A stretch of DNA of 64,000 nt, taken from Bdellovibrionota bacterium. GTDB taxonomy: Bacteria > Bdellovibrionota_C > UBA2361 > JBIKUX01. The stretch's first letter is position 1. Each line of letters begins with the position of its first letter. The DNA lies in contig JBIKUX010000006.1 in NCBI GenBank assembly GCA_044347345.1, positions 45,218 to 109,217 on the forward strand, written 5' to 3'. Shown here piece by piece: positions 1 through 10,100 of this stretch. Under the pieces are notes generated by a model that saw nothing but the letters and a program-made list of their open reading frames with translations, was not told the DNA's origin and ran no database searches. A program made the translations under genes and the position numbers.

Positions 1-1
1 T

Positions 2-1069
2 GAGTTTCGTAATCTTCATCCATTTATGGTGTCTCGAGAAAACTTTTTGATGACCAAGAATCAAAACGAAATATCAGGTATTCTTACACGTTTAAAAACA
101 ACAGTTGATTCATTGGAAAAAGTGCATCCACTTTTTAAAAGTCATCAAAATTTAGACGGAATTCTTTTGACTTTGTATGATACTTTAGCGGACGCTGAAA
201 GAGGTTTTAGTGAAGGTAGAAAAGGGTGGGCATTATGGCGTCTCAGGTCAGTAGCTAATGCCTGTATGACTTGTCATATTTCCTACAAAAAAGACCTCAA
301 ATTTTGTGATTCCTCAGAACCAGAATTAAATGAAAGCGATTACAGTAAAGGAGAATTTTATTTAGCTACTCGTCAGTTCGGCCGTGCAAAAGATGCTTTT
401 ATGAAAGCAGTACTTAAAGAGCCACTGCTACCTGCATCTGATTATCAACGCATTGATGCACTTCGCAAATGGTTAACTGTTTATACTAGGGTGACAAATA
501 GCCCAGATGAAGCTCTGAACCAGTTAAATGAAATTTCTAGAAAGGTTAAGTTTCTTGCTTTTGAATTGGAAGAGATTAGTGCATGGGTAGAGTCATTAAA
601 GAATTGGCAGCAAGAGAATAAGCCTAAAATTCTAGTTCCGTTAGTTCGTCAAGCTGAAAATCTGCTACGTCGAGGTCTGACTCACGATGATCCAATATTT
701 GCGACTCAAGTAGGTACTGTAGAGCTTCTAAGAGCGACCTCATTACTTCATGCTACTCTTGAAGAACAAAAAGCATTATCGTCAGCCGAAAGAGGACATA
801 TCTTATATTTGTTGGGCTTTGCCTATGCGCGTCTTCCACAGTTTTTTATTAATGAACTTCCTGAAATTTATCTGGAGCAAGCTATACGAGAAAGTCCAAA
901 ATCAGATGCAGCATTGCGGGCAATTAGACTTTATACTCAATTAATTACTCAGGAGTATACGGGAAGTGGTGGGACTCATATACCAGAAGAGATTCTTGGT
1001 AAACTCTCCGAGTTACACCGAATTGCCACTGAAGGTCGCGTTACTGAAGGAAGGCCTTCAAAAGAATAA
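2..1069 (+). CDS. c-type cytochrome (single CxxCH) with helical/TPR-like C-terminal region; probably 5'-truncated by window edge
   Basis: Frame is open from position 2 (EFRNLHPF) into the ATG at 26. Contains CMTCH heme motif after a helical region, then TPR-like helices (GEFYLATRQFGRAKDAF; ILYLLGFAY). Confidence 0.6.
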   Translation, partial: EFRNLHPFMVSRENFLMTKNQNEISGILTRLKTTVDSLEKVHPLFKSHQNLDGILLTLYDTLADAERGFSEGRKGWALWRLRSVANACMTCHISYKKDLKFCDSSEPELNESDYSKGEFYLATRQFGRAKDAFMKAVLKEPLLPASDYQRIDALRKWLTVYTRVTNSPDEALNQLNEISRKVKFLAFELEEISAWVESLKNWQQENKPKILVPLVRQAENLLRRGLTHDDPIFATQVGTVELLRATSLLHATLEEQKALSSAERGHILYLLGFAYARLPQFFINELPEIYLEQAIRESPKSDAALRAIRLYTQLITQEYTGSGGTHIPEEILGKLSELHRIATEGRVTEGRPSKE

Positions 1070-1129
1070 AAGCTCTTATAGGTTAACTGTTAGGTTCAAT
1101 ATTTACTATAGTTAGAATATCTTGTTTTG

Positions 1130-2884
1130 TTATTCAGCTAATAAATCCAAAATTTCTAATTGTCTTGTTTCGTATTTCTCTCGGTCATCACTTAAATGTT
1201 GAAGTAGCTCAAAGTCTCCCTCTAGACCAGCTTTTTCAATGTCTTGAGTGTTATTTTTCAGGAGTTTGTCTAGGGAAGAAAATTCAGCCTCCAATTGTTT
1301 TCGCTTTAGCGGATTAAGGCTCTTTTTTTCGTCATTTTTATCCTTTTTTTGCTTTATTGGACTATTAGATTTGGATGGGCTAATACACTCTTGTTCGTCA
1401 GCTCCCCATCCTTTTTGCGAGAGAAATTCATCGTATGATCCTGGAAAAAATTCTGCACCGTTTGAAGTGAATACAATAAGCGAAGTGCACAGCGCACGCA
1501 GGACAGTTTCGCTGTGAGTTACTACGGCAATACCACCTGAAAAAGATTTAAGAGCATCAATTAGTGCTTCTATAGATTCCATGTCAAGATGGCTTGTCGG
1601 CTCATCTAATAGAAGCAGATTTACGGGAGTAGCTAAGATTCGACCGAGAAGAACGCGACTTTTTTCTCCACCTGAGAGTACTCCTATCTTTTTATCTCCA
1701 CTGTCACCACCAAAAAGCATAGCGCCACAGATCGCTCGTATTTTGGTTCGAGAAAGCATAGGATTAGCATCCTGAATCTCCTCTTCAATACGTTTCAAGT
1801 CATTTAGACGAGAGATATTGGTTTGTCCAAAATATCCAATAGATGTAGCCTCATGAAGAGCCACTAGACCTTCTAATGGCTTTATTTCTTGAGCTAGTAA
1901 TTTAAGTAATGTTGATTTACCCCTACCATTTTTGCCAATTATTCCAATACGAGCATCTTTACTTATTGTGATGGAAAGTCCTTGTATCAGTAGAGGGCCA
2001 TCAGGGTACCGGAAAGATAAATCTTTTGTACGACCGAGAGATGGTGCTGAAAAAGGCTTTTGTGAAAACATAAATGAAAGATTGTTGATAGTGCTGAGAG
2101 CCTCATGTTGCTCCATTTTCTGCAAAGCCTTAACTCTTGATTGCACAAGAGTCGCTTTTGATGCTTTTGCACGAAATCTATCAATAAATTCTTGAATTTC
2201 TTCTCGTCTTTTTTCAGTATTAACGCGAGTTTTTTCGTATGTTTCTTCATCTTGGGCAATTAGTTTTTCCAGTTTTCTTGTTCCGCCAAGAGCCTTTCTG
2301 ATTTTATACCGATGAATTCCTAAAGTATGGGTAGTAATGCTATCCATAAAGTCACGATCGTGGGAGATTAGCATAAGTTCACCCCGCCACTCATTAAGCT
2401 CTCTTTGAAGCCATCTTACAGAAATAATATCAAGGTAATTGGTTGGTTCATCTAGTAAGAGAAGATCCGGATCAGAGAGAAGAAGCTTGGCTAAATTGAT
2501 GCGAATTTGCCATCCTCCAGAAAAGGTTGAGGGAGAGTTTAAAAGAGAATCTTGCTCAAACCCTAACCCCATAAGTATTCGCTCGGCACGCCAAGATGAA
2601 TCACTCCTTTGAGATTCAGGTAATCCCAAACATGCTTCAGCAAGCACAGAATCTTCGGTAAATATAAGAGTTTGAGGAAGGTGACCAATTCGGTAGCCAC
2701 GGGGAATATTTATCTTTCCATCATCTGGCTCCTCTTGCCCAAGTAAAAGCCGAAAAAGGGTTGATTTGCCATGCCCGTTACGACCGATAACACCTACCCG
2801 TTCTCGACGCTCTAGCGAAAAGCTTGCATCATTGAAGAGTAAATTTGTACCGTACGATTTTGAAATACTCGCTACTTGAATCAT
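1130..2884 (-). CDS. ABC-F family ATPase (two nucleotide-binding domains, no TM)
   Basis: Two Walker A (GRNGHGKST, GKNGRGKST), signatures FSGGW/LSGGE, two LLLDEPT Walker B, inter-domain linker IQEFIDRFRAKASKA, C-terminal coiled coil. ATG at 2884 preferred to TTG at 2890. Confidence 0.92.
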   Translation of the reverse strand: MIQVASISKSYGTNLLFNDASFSLERRERVGVIGRNGHGKSTLFRLLLGQEEPDDGKINIPRGYRIGHLPQTLIFTEDSVLAEACLGLPESQRSDSSWRAERILMGLGFEQDSLLNSPSTFSGGWQIRINLAKLLLSDPDLLLLDEPTNYLDIISVRWLQRELNEWRGELMLISHDRDFMDSITTHTLGIHRYKIRKALGGTRKLEKLIAQDEETYEKTRVNTEKRREEIQEFIDRFRAKASKATLVQSRVKALQKMEQHEALSTINNLSFMFSQKPFSAPSLGRTKDLSFRYPDGPLLIQGLSITISKDARIGIIGKNGRGKSTLLKLLAQEIKPLEGLVALHEATSIGYFGQTNISRLNDLKRIEEEIQDANPMLSRTKIRAICGAMLFGGDSGDKKIGVLSGGEKSRVLLGRILATPVNLLLLDEPTSHLDMESIEALIDALKSFSGGIAVVTHSETVLRALCTSLIVFTSNGAEFFPGSYDEFLSQKGWGADEQECISPSKSNSPIKQKKDKNDEKKSLNPLKRKQLEAEFSSLDKLLKNNTQDIEKAGLEGDFELLQHLSDDREKYETRQLEILDLLAE

Positions 2885-2922
2885 ATACAATCGCCTATCC
2901 GTTTCATATCAACAATGCCGTC

Positions 2923-3747
2923 ATGAGCTATATACTTTCAAGTCTATCTGCTGTTTTTATCGGAATGGCTATGGGTTTTATGGGTGGAGGTGGTGGAATA
3001 TTAACAGTGCCTCTTCTTCGGTTTGGTTTTGACCATCATGAAAAAGTAGCTATTGCTGAATCATTAGTAATGGTTAGCCTTGTAGGAGTGGTAACAACCT
3101 TAAGTATCCTACGAGAGGGAATAATTTGGTGGCGTGGTGTTGCATTGCTTGCTATTACTGGCTCCATAGGCTCATTTGTCGGCAGTTACATATCTTTTTT
3201 CGTCACAGGATATACGCAGCTTTTTTGGTTATCCCTGATAATGCTAGTAGCTTCAGGATTAATGTTTAGACCGAATTATTCAGAGATTAATGATGCACAG
3301 TCAGTGGAAAAATCATTAAACGATAATTTGATGTCCGGTTTAACACTCAGGAGTAAGTTATGCGGACTGATAGCTGGATTTATGTGTGGCATTCTGACTG
3401 GTTTTTTGGGGGTTGGAGGAGGATTTTTACTAGTCCCAGTTTTATACGCTATATTTATAGTGCCCATGCCGGTTGCAGTTGCTACTAGCTTAGCTATTTT
3501 ATCTTTTAACGCTTCAGTAGGACTTGTTTATCATCTTCCAAAGCTTGTAGAAGAAAAATTGCAAATTGATGTTTTCTTCATTTTATCTTTTGTAATTGCT
3601 GGTCAAGGAGGGGGATATATTGGCCGGATTTTGGCCAAAAGGGTGTCTCCCCGACTAACTAGACTAATTTTTGCTACCTTTCTTCTATTTTCCGCTATTG
3701 GGGTATTTACTGCGATAAACTTACCGCAGTTACCTCTTCCCGAATAA
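2923..3747 (+). CDS. TauE/SafE (TSUP) family sulfite exporter-like membrane protein
   Basis: Duplicated GxxGxGGG motifs (GFMGGGGGILTVP; GFLGVGGGFLLVP), about 8 TM segments. ATG 2923 avoids overlap with the divergent gene. Confidence 0.88.
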   Translation: MSYILSSLSAVFIGMAMGFMGGGGGILTVPLLRFGFDHHEKVAIAESLVMVSLVGVVTTLSILREGIIWWRGVALLAITGSIGSFVGSYISFFVTGYTQLFWLSLIMLVASGLMFRPNYSEINDAQSVEKSLNDNLMSGLTLRSKLCGLIAGFMCGILTGFLGVGGGFLLVPVLYAIFIVPMPVAVATSLAILSFNASVGLVYHLPKLVEEKLQIDVFFILSFVIAGQGGGYIGRILAKRVSPRLTRLIFATFLLFSAIGVFTAINLPQLPLPE

Positions 3748-3823
3748 AAAAAAAAGGCACAGTATAGAACTTTCTCTAAACAGAGAAATTTGTAAAAAAT
3801 ATGTTTGTTCTGCTGGAGTATAT

Positions 3824-4663
3824 ATGTCTAAAGACCGTGATCGTCGGTTCGGATGCTCAAAATTTTATCTATTTCCTGCATGGGCTACCCTAAGCTTGTT
3901 AGGCTTGTTTAGTAGTGCCTGCACTCAGGAAAAAGAGTCTACGTCATCATCAGCATTGCCGACTCAAAGTATTGAGAGTAAGCCCGCTGATAGTAAACCC
4001 TCTAATACTAAGGGGGATAACGAGGGTAGTGTCATGGATTCTAAAAAAATAAGTTATATAATTGGACATAATATCGGTAAAAGTCTCTTATCTGATGGTG
4101 TTAGTGTAGAGAGACAATCTTTGCTTGAAGGGTTGAGCCAGGCTCTTGAGGGTAAAAATTCGCAATTTTCAGAGCAAGAGGCCACTCAAGCGCTACAACA
4201 ACTGCAAAGAGAAGTTATGATGAAGCGTCAAGAAGCTTCAAAAGTACAAGGTAAAAAGAATGAAGAAGATGGCAAAGCGTTTTTAGCTCAGAACAAAAGT
4301 TTAGAGGGATGGATAGAGCTTCCAAGCGGCTTACAATACAAAATTGTAAAAGAAGGTTCGGGAATTAGTCCAAAATTAGAGGATACAGTTGTGGCGCATT
4401 ACACTGGAACTCTTATAAATGGCACTAAGTTTGATAGTTCTCGTGATCGTGGCCAACCAGCTGAATTTCAATTAAGTGGTTTGATTAAAGGGTGGCAAGA
4501 GGCTTTGCAGATGATGAAGCCTGGTTCCAGATGGGAACTCGTAGTACCTTCTGACTTAGCTTATGGATCTCACGGTGCTGGCCCAGGTAGCCCCATTGGT
4601 CCTAATGAAACTCTTAAATTCGATATTGAATTAGTCCAAGTGAAGAGCTCATCTACTAAGTAG
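3824..4663 (+). CDS. FKBP-type peptidyl-prolyl isomerase (FkpA/Mip-like), lipoprotein
   Basis: Lipobox FSSAC; dimerisation region KISYIIG; FKBP domain LPSGLQYK, HYTGTL..GTKFDSS, LIKGWQEAL, LAYG. Confidence 0.93.
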   Translation: MSKDRDRRFGCSKFYLFPAWATLSLLGLFSSACTQEKESTSSSALPTQSIESKPADSKPSNTKGDNEGSVMDSKKISYIIGHNIGKSLLSDGVSVERQSLLEGLSQALEGKNSQFSEQEATQALQQLQREVMMKRQEASKVQGKKNEEDGKAFLAQNKSLEGWIELPSGLQYKIVKEGSGISPKLEDTVVAHYTGTLINGTKFDSSRDRGQPAEFQLSGLIKGWQEALQMMKPGSRWELVVPSDLAYGSHGAGPGSPIGPNETLKFDIELVQVKSSSTK

Positions 4664-5738
4664 TAAGTAAAGATTTGTTTAGCCCACCATCCAGAAGTGA
4701 AAGAAAGTGGTTTTCATCAGCGATTAAGGTAGTCTGTACAGTTACCACTATAAAACACTCTCTGAGATGGTGATTAAGAGGTATTATTTCATTAATTTTT
4801 ATAGCGTCCTTTGCAGTTGTAATAATTAGAGCATTATTTGGTAATTTATCTGCATACTGCGTTAGGTCTGATAGTGAATAACGTGCATGATCTTTGGCTA
4901 AAAATTGATGTGAAATTTTCAAGCCAGTTGATTTTACAGTTTGAATAAAACCATTGGGATTAGCTATCCCACACAAAATAGCTACTTCGTTCTTTATTTC
5001 TTCTTTCTTTATTAAAGTACCATCAAGTCGTTTGAGTATGGGAGGTGTAAGAGCCGTTTCAAAAAACGGAATTTTTTTTGGCAGAATAGCTACTAGATCA
5101 TCTGGAATTGATTGAATATTAGAAATAACCTTTCGATGAGACAATATAATGGCTGAGGCTCTTTGCAGACCCTTATCTCTATCTTCTCGAAAAAAGCCTG
5201 CTGGTAAAAGCTTACCCTTTAAAAAATTATCAATTGCCTCTGAAGTACTTACATCGACCGTGATAAAATTTAAATCTCGGTGTATGTATCTGTGCTGTAA
5301 TCCGTCATCTAACAGTATGACGTTAATTTCAGGGTGATACTGTAGCAAAAGCTTTACTCCGTCACTTCTCTTTGGTGATACAACTATGGGAACGTGAAGT
5401 GTTTCTGATAGTAACTTTGGTTCATCGCCGACTACATTGCTTAATGTATCACTGTCAACAAATGTTGGCTTAGTAGCTGAACCACCGTAACCACGTGAAA
5501 TAATCCCAACCTTATAGCCTTGCTGAGTAAGAGTATTGCAGAGATAAATAATAAAAGGAGTTTTTCCAGTCCCTCCAACAGTAAGATTACCCACGCTTAT
5601 CACACTAACCGGAGCGTGATATTGTTTAATTATATTTTGGTCGAAAAGAGTATTCCGAATGGAAGTTATTTGCCCATAAAAATAACTTAATGGATTAATA
5701 ATCAGATTAGGTACCGACATATTCATATTCATATTCAC
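4656..5738 (-). CDS. lpxK: tetraacyldisaccharide 4'-kinase
   Basis: VISVGNLTVGGTGKTP, SRGYGG, GDEP, LLDDGLQH, LLPAGxxRE, CGIANP, DH, TTAKDAIK. Start ambiguous (5738/5732/5726/5720). Confidence 0.96.
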   Translation of the reverse strand: MNMNMNMSVPNLIINPLSYFYGQITSIRNTLFDQNIIKQYHAPVSVISVGNLTVGGTGKTPFIIYLCNTLTQQGYKVGIISRGYGGSATKPTFVDSDTLSNVVGDEPKLLSETLHVPIVVSPKRSDGVKLLLQYHPEINVILLDDGLQHRYIHRDLNFITVDVSTSEAIDNFLKGKLLPAGFFREDRDKGLQRASAIILSHRKVISNIQSIPDDLVAILPKKIPFFETALTPPILKRLDGTLIKKEEIKNEVAILCGIANPNGFIQTVKSTGLKISHQFLAKDHARYSLSDLTQYADKLPNNALIITTAKDAIKINEIIPLNHHLRECFIVVTVQTTLIADENHFLSLLDGGLNKSLLTT

Positions 5739-5808
5739 GATTAAATATTCTATTTATCGGGATAGCACTTTAAAGAATATCAATAATTATTGATCCCTAA
5801 TGCATTTT

Positions 5809-7083
5809 TTATACTGTTTCTAAAAGCTCTGAGCAAAGAGCTTGAATAGTACGACCGGTAGCGCCAATATGATTTTGAAAAGTCTGGTATCCTTGTTCGC
5901 CGATATTTTTAAGTGCTTCTGGACATTCGACAAGTTTTCTTAGAACTTCAGTTGCTCCTAATTGATTGGTGATTTCAATTATTCCGTTGGTTTTTTTGAG
6001 ATCTGATACAATCTCCCCAACAGTGAATGAATGAGGACCCATTACTACTGGCACTCGATAAGCCGCTGCCTCTAATGGATTGTGGCCACCAATCGGTACT
6101 AATGAAGCTCCTATAAATACGAGTGATGAGTAGGAATAAACTCGCTCAAGTTCACCAAATGTATCAAGTAATACAATACGCTCATTGTCGTTAGCAGGGC
6201 GCTTTTCAGCTTTAAGAGTGGTAAATCTGACGGCAGAAAGACCAGCATTACTGAGAGCATTTTCAAAATACTCAAACTTTTCTTTATGACGCGGCGCTAC
6301 AATAAGTTGAAGATCGTGATATTTAGACATAATTTCACGAATCGGATCAAACCAAATTTTCTCCTCCTGTGGTCTTATGCTACCTAGGGTAATAATGCTT
6401 TTGGGAGTACTAAATATAGTATGAGCGTATACTGTAGCCTCCTCTTTAGATGTTATTGATGGTTTACGATCGTACTTTGTGTTTCCGGTGATGATTATGC
6501 GATTATTTGGAATGCCAAGGTTTGCATATCTATCCTTTGATGCTCTGTCGATCACACAAGCTAGAGATATAGCTTTAACTACATCCCTTAAAAAAGGAGC
6601 TAGAACTCGATAACGGTTAACTGTTGTATCGGAAATTCGGCCATTAATAATAAGCACCTTACCTCCTTGATTTTTTACGAATCTTATCAGTTCAGGCCAA
6701 AGCTCTGTTTCACAAATAATAAGAAGTTTAATAGTAGAATTTTTTAATGCTTGTTTTAAAAATTTTTTGCTATCAAAAGGAAGAAACGCTGAACCATCGA
6801 ATAATTCTTTTCCAATTTTTTCTGCATAGTTTGAAACACTTGTGTGAAGAAAAAAGCTGGATGGAAACTTTGACTTAAAGAAGGGTAAAAGCTCCGCCAC
6901 TGATTGAGTTTCTCCGAGGGAGGCTCCATGAAACCAAACAATTGACTGATTAGTTGGTAAGCTGAATGGCCAGAAACCATACCTCTCCTTGAGTCGGTAT
7001 CTTCCTCTTGAAGAAGCAAAAAAAAATGGATAGGAAAGATAACCGAGAGCTAGCATTAAGAAGCGGTAAGAAAGTGTTCCCAT
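5809..7083 (-). CDS. waaA: 3-deoxy-D-manno-octulosonate (Kdo) transferase
   Basis: WFHGASLGE, LPFD, ETELWP, NGRIS, GNTKYD, VAPRH, DTFGEL, GGHNPLE. Confidence 0.95.
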   Translation of the reverse strand: MGTLSYRFLMLALGYLSYPFFFASSRGRYRLKERYGFWPFSLPTNQSIVWFHGASLGETQSVAELLPFFKSKFPSSFFLHTSVSNYAEKIGKELFDGSAFLPFDSKKFLKQALKNSTIKLLIICETELWPELIRFVKNQGGKVLIINGRISDTTVNRYRVLAPFLRDVVKAISLACVIDRASKDRYANLGIPNNRIIITGNTKYDRKPSITSKEEATVYAHTIFSTPKSIITLGSIRPQEEKIWFDPIREIMSKYHDLQLIVAPRHKEKFEYFENALSNAGLSAVRFTTLKAEKRPANDNERIVLLDTFGELERVYSYSSLVFIGASLVPIGGHNPLEAAAYRVPVVMGPHSFTVGEIVSDLKKTNGIIEITNQLGATEVLRKLVECPEALKNIGEQGYQTFQNHIGATGRTIQALCSELLETV

Positions 7084-7110
7084 AAAATTTTCAATACTAT
7101 CGATACTTTT

Positions 7111-10100
7111 CTAGCTGTACTTTTGATCTGGATTGTCGTTATGGTTTCCAGCATCCTCTGGGAATGTAATATCAATTTCATTTGTAATCTTTTTACAAGA
7201 ATTGTCGACAGAGGAGCTACCATCGAGAGACGAACTAACGAGAGATGCGCTAAATTGTAGCTCGTAGAGACGTTTGTACTCGCCGTCTTTATCCATTAAT
7301 TCGTCATGTGTTCCTATTTCAACTACTACTCCATCTTTTAAAACAAAAATTCTATTGGCTGAGCGGATTGTTGAGAGACGATGAGCTATCACAAGAGTTG
7401 TTCTGCCCTTTTCAAGAACCTCTAAGGCTTTTTGAACCTCACGTTCGGAACTATTATCAAGAGATGCTGTTGCTTCATCTAGTATCAGAATCGGAGATTT
7501 ACTAATTAAAGCTCGTGCTATAGCGATTCTTTGTCTCTCGCCGCCTGATAAGGTCATTCCACTTTCACCAATAATTGTAAAGAAACCTAGAGGAAGCTGC
7601 TTTATAAATTGATAAGCATAAGCAAGTCGGGCAGCATTCTCTACGTCCTCGAGGGTCGCATCTCTTCTGCCATATCTTATGTTTTCAAAGATAGAATCCT
7701 GAAACAAAAATGTGTGCTGGCTTACCATAGCTATTCTCGAGCGAAGCTCAGAGAGAGAAAGTTTTCTTATATCAATTCCTCCAAGAAGCAATCGACCCTG
7801 AGTTGGATCGATAAAGCGCGGGATTAGATCGACAAGTGTTGATTTCCCTGATCCAGATAGACCAACAAGTGCAATTTTTTCTCCCTCTTCGATGGACATT
7901 GTGACATTGGTAAGGGCTCCTCGGGAGGAAGAACGACTATATGAGAAAGAGATATTTTCAAAAGAAATGCAGTTTGTTTTCGGCATGGAAACTGGATTTT
8001 CTGGTGAAGCTATAGTTACTTGAGCATCGAGCACTTCGAAAATACGATGACTGCCCGCTATGCCTTGTTGTAGTGCACCTGTAACTCGACTAAGCTTTTT
8101 AAAGGGATCGTACATTAAAAAGACTGCTAGTAAAAAAGCTATAAAGTCACCCTGCGTTCTGCTGCCGGAGATAACTGTAGTACCTCCATAGAAGATAATT
8201 GTACCAATTGCTATACTAGCTAGCACTTCGTTAATTGGTCCTACAAGAGCTCTAACTTTTTCTGACCGAATTAAGGTTCGAGTAAGAGAGGAGTTAGCTT
8301 GCCGAAAACGTGATTGTTCGTAGTCTTCTGCTGTGAATAATTTTACTATTTTATTGCCGTGAATAGCTTCGCTAAAAAGAGAGGACAGAGATCCTATAGC
8401 TTCCTGACCTTTTCTTGACAGCCTTCTCATCTTCTTTCCAAATGAACTGACTGGAATAATGCCAAGAGGGAATACAATCACTGCAATAAAAGCGAGAAAT
8501 GGATCGAGAAAGAAAGCAGCAAAAGTGAGAGCAATTATTCTAACAATATCTCGAAGAATTGCTGATGTAGAATCCGTTAGAAGCGTGCGCACTAATTGAA
8601 CATCTGCAGTAGCTCTAGCCAATAAGTCGCCACTGGATTTATCAGAAAAAAAACTCGGACTTAGTAATAATAATTTTTGGTGTAGTTTGTTTCTAAGGTC
8701 TTCAACGACTCGGTGCCCTACTGAATTTTGTAGATATTGTTGGCCAAAATCAACGAAGGCTCGAAAAAAACTAATGCTTACCAAAATAATTGGAAAAATT
8801 AGTAAAACATCTCTTTGTCCATTTGTTAAAACCTTATCTAAAGCAAATTTAACAATAAACGGAACCGCTCCATCTGTTGCCCCGTAGCATACCATACATA
8901 ATATAGCTAAAATAAATCTGCGCTTGTGTGGTCTTAACAGTTCTAATAAGCGACGGTTCTCAGTGATTAACGGTGGTTTCGTGGCGGCAAGTTTTAGCGC
9001 AGTTTTAGCTACTCGAAGGGCTGCATCCTCTTTTGACTCATTAGAGGTTTCATTAGCTGAGAGATATGAAAGAAGATTTTCGCTTTTATCCCTTTCATCG
9101 TAGCTAGATAATTGTTTGCGGATTAGAGCTAAATTATCTTCGATCTGCTTTCGGTAAGCATTATCTGTAAGTAATCTGTCTACTTCATCTGCAACATTAC
9201 TGACCGTAAAATCATCTTGTAGAAGTTCTCGAATAGTATTTGGTATAAGTATGTTTACTATGGAGAATTGCTTAAGTGGAGAGAGTTTTCTTATGATTGT
9301 TGCTGAAATTGGATGAACTGCATAGACCATCGCAAAAGGAAGGCCCGCATAGGCGGCTTCAAGGTTGCATGTACCTGACTTTAAAATACCGATATCGCTA
9401 CCGAACAAAACCGTTTTTGTATCTCCTTGCCAAACTATACACCAGTCTAAATGAGGACGAATTAATTCGTAGGTACCGGCGATTAAGTGGGAAGGAATGG
9501 GTATCACTGCTGTAATTGGTTTACCTCTTTTTCTGGCTTCTAAGAGGCCGTTAATTAATATTGGTAAATTCGCGGTAACTTCCTGAGAACGGCTACCAGG
9601 GAAAATTGATACAACATTGTCGGATGAGGGGATTGCTAAAGTGCGCCGAAGTTCTGAGCTAATTTTTGTTCGCGTAGATGCTACGTCATTAGGAAACTTA
9701 TCCTTAAAAGGGTGCCCTACATAAGAAGTTCGGTAAAACCCATGTTTTGCTAAAAATTCCTTTTCAAAAGGAAATATAGTAGCTACATGATGAACGTAGC
9801 GGTCGAGAGCACGGACTCGGCTTGGACGAGAAGCCCATAACTTTGGCGGTACATAATATAATACCGGTATTTTTAAATCTCGAGCTTTTTTTGCAACACG
9901 CAGATTAAAAGTTGGAAAATCAATCAAAATAATTACATCTGGTCGCCATGTTCGTAGAGTTTTTGTAATCGTAGAGAACGCCGTAAGAAGTTGTTTACCA
10001 GAGCGGATTACTTCAATAATCCCCATCACCGCACCAGCAGATTCTGAATCAACTACTATATTAATTCCTTGAGCCTTTGAATAGCGTCCTCCCATTCCTT

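Noticed and set aside
1130-2884. ABC-F protein as an antibiotic-resistance (ARE) factor
   Set aside because: Subfamily cannot be assigned by eye and the features fit housekeeping ABC-Fs; needs a subfamily HMM or phylogeny.
3746-3755. A10 tract before the FKBP gene (and T9 at 18432-18440) as phase-variation switches
   Set aside because: A/T runs of this length are expected in AT-rich intergenic DNA, and there is no evidence of variation.
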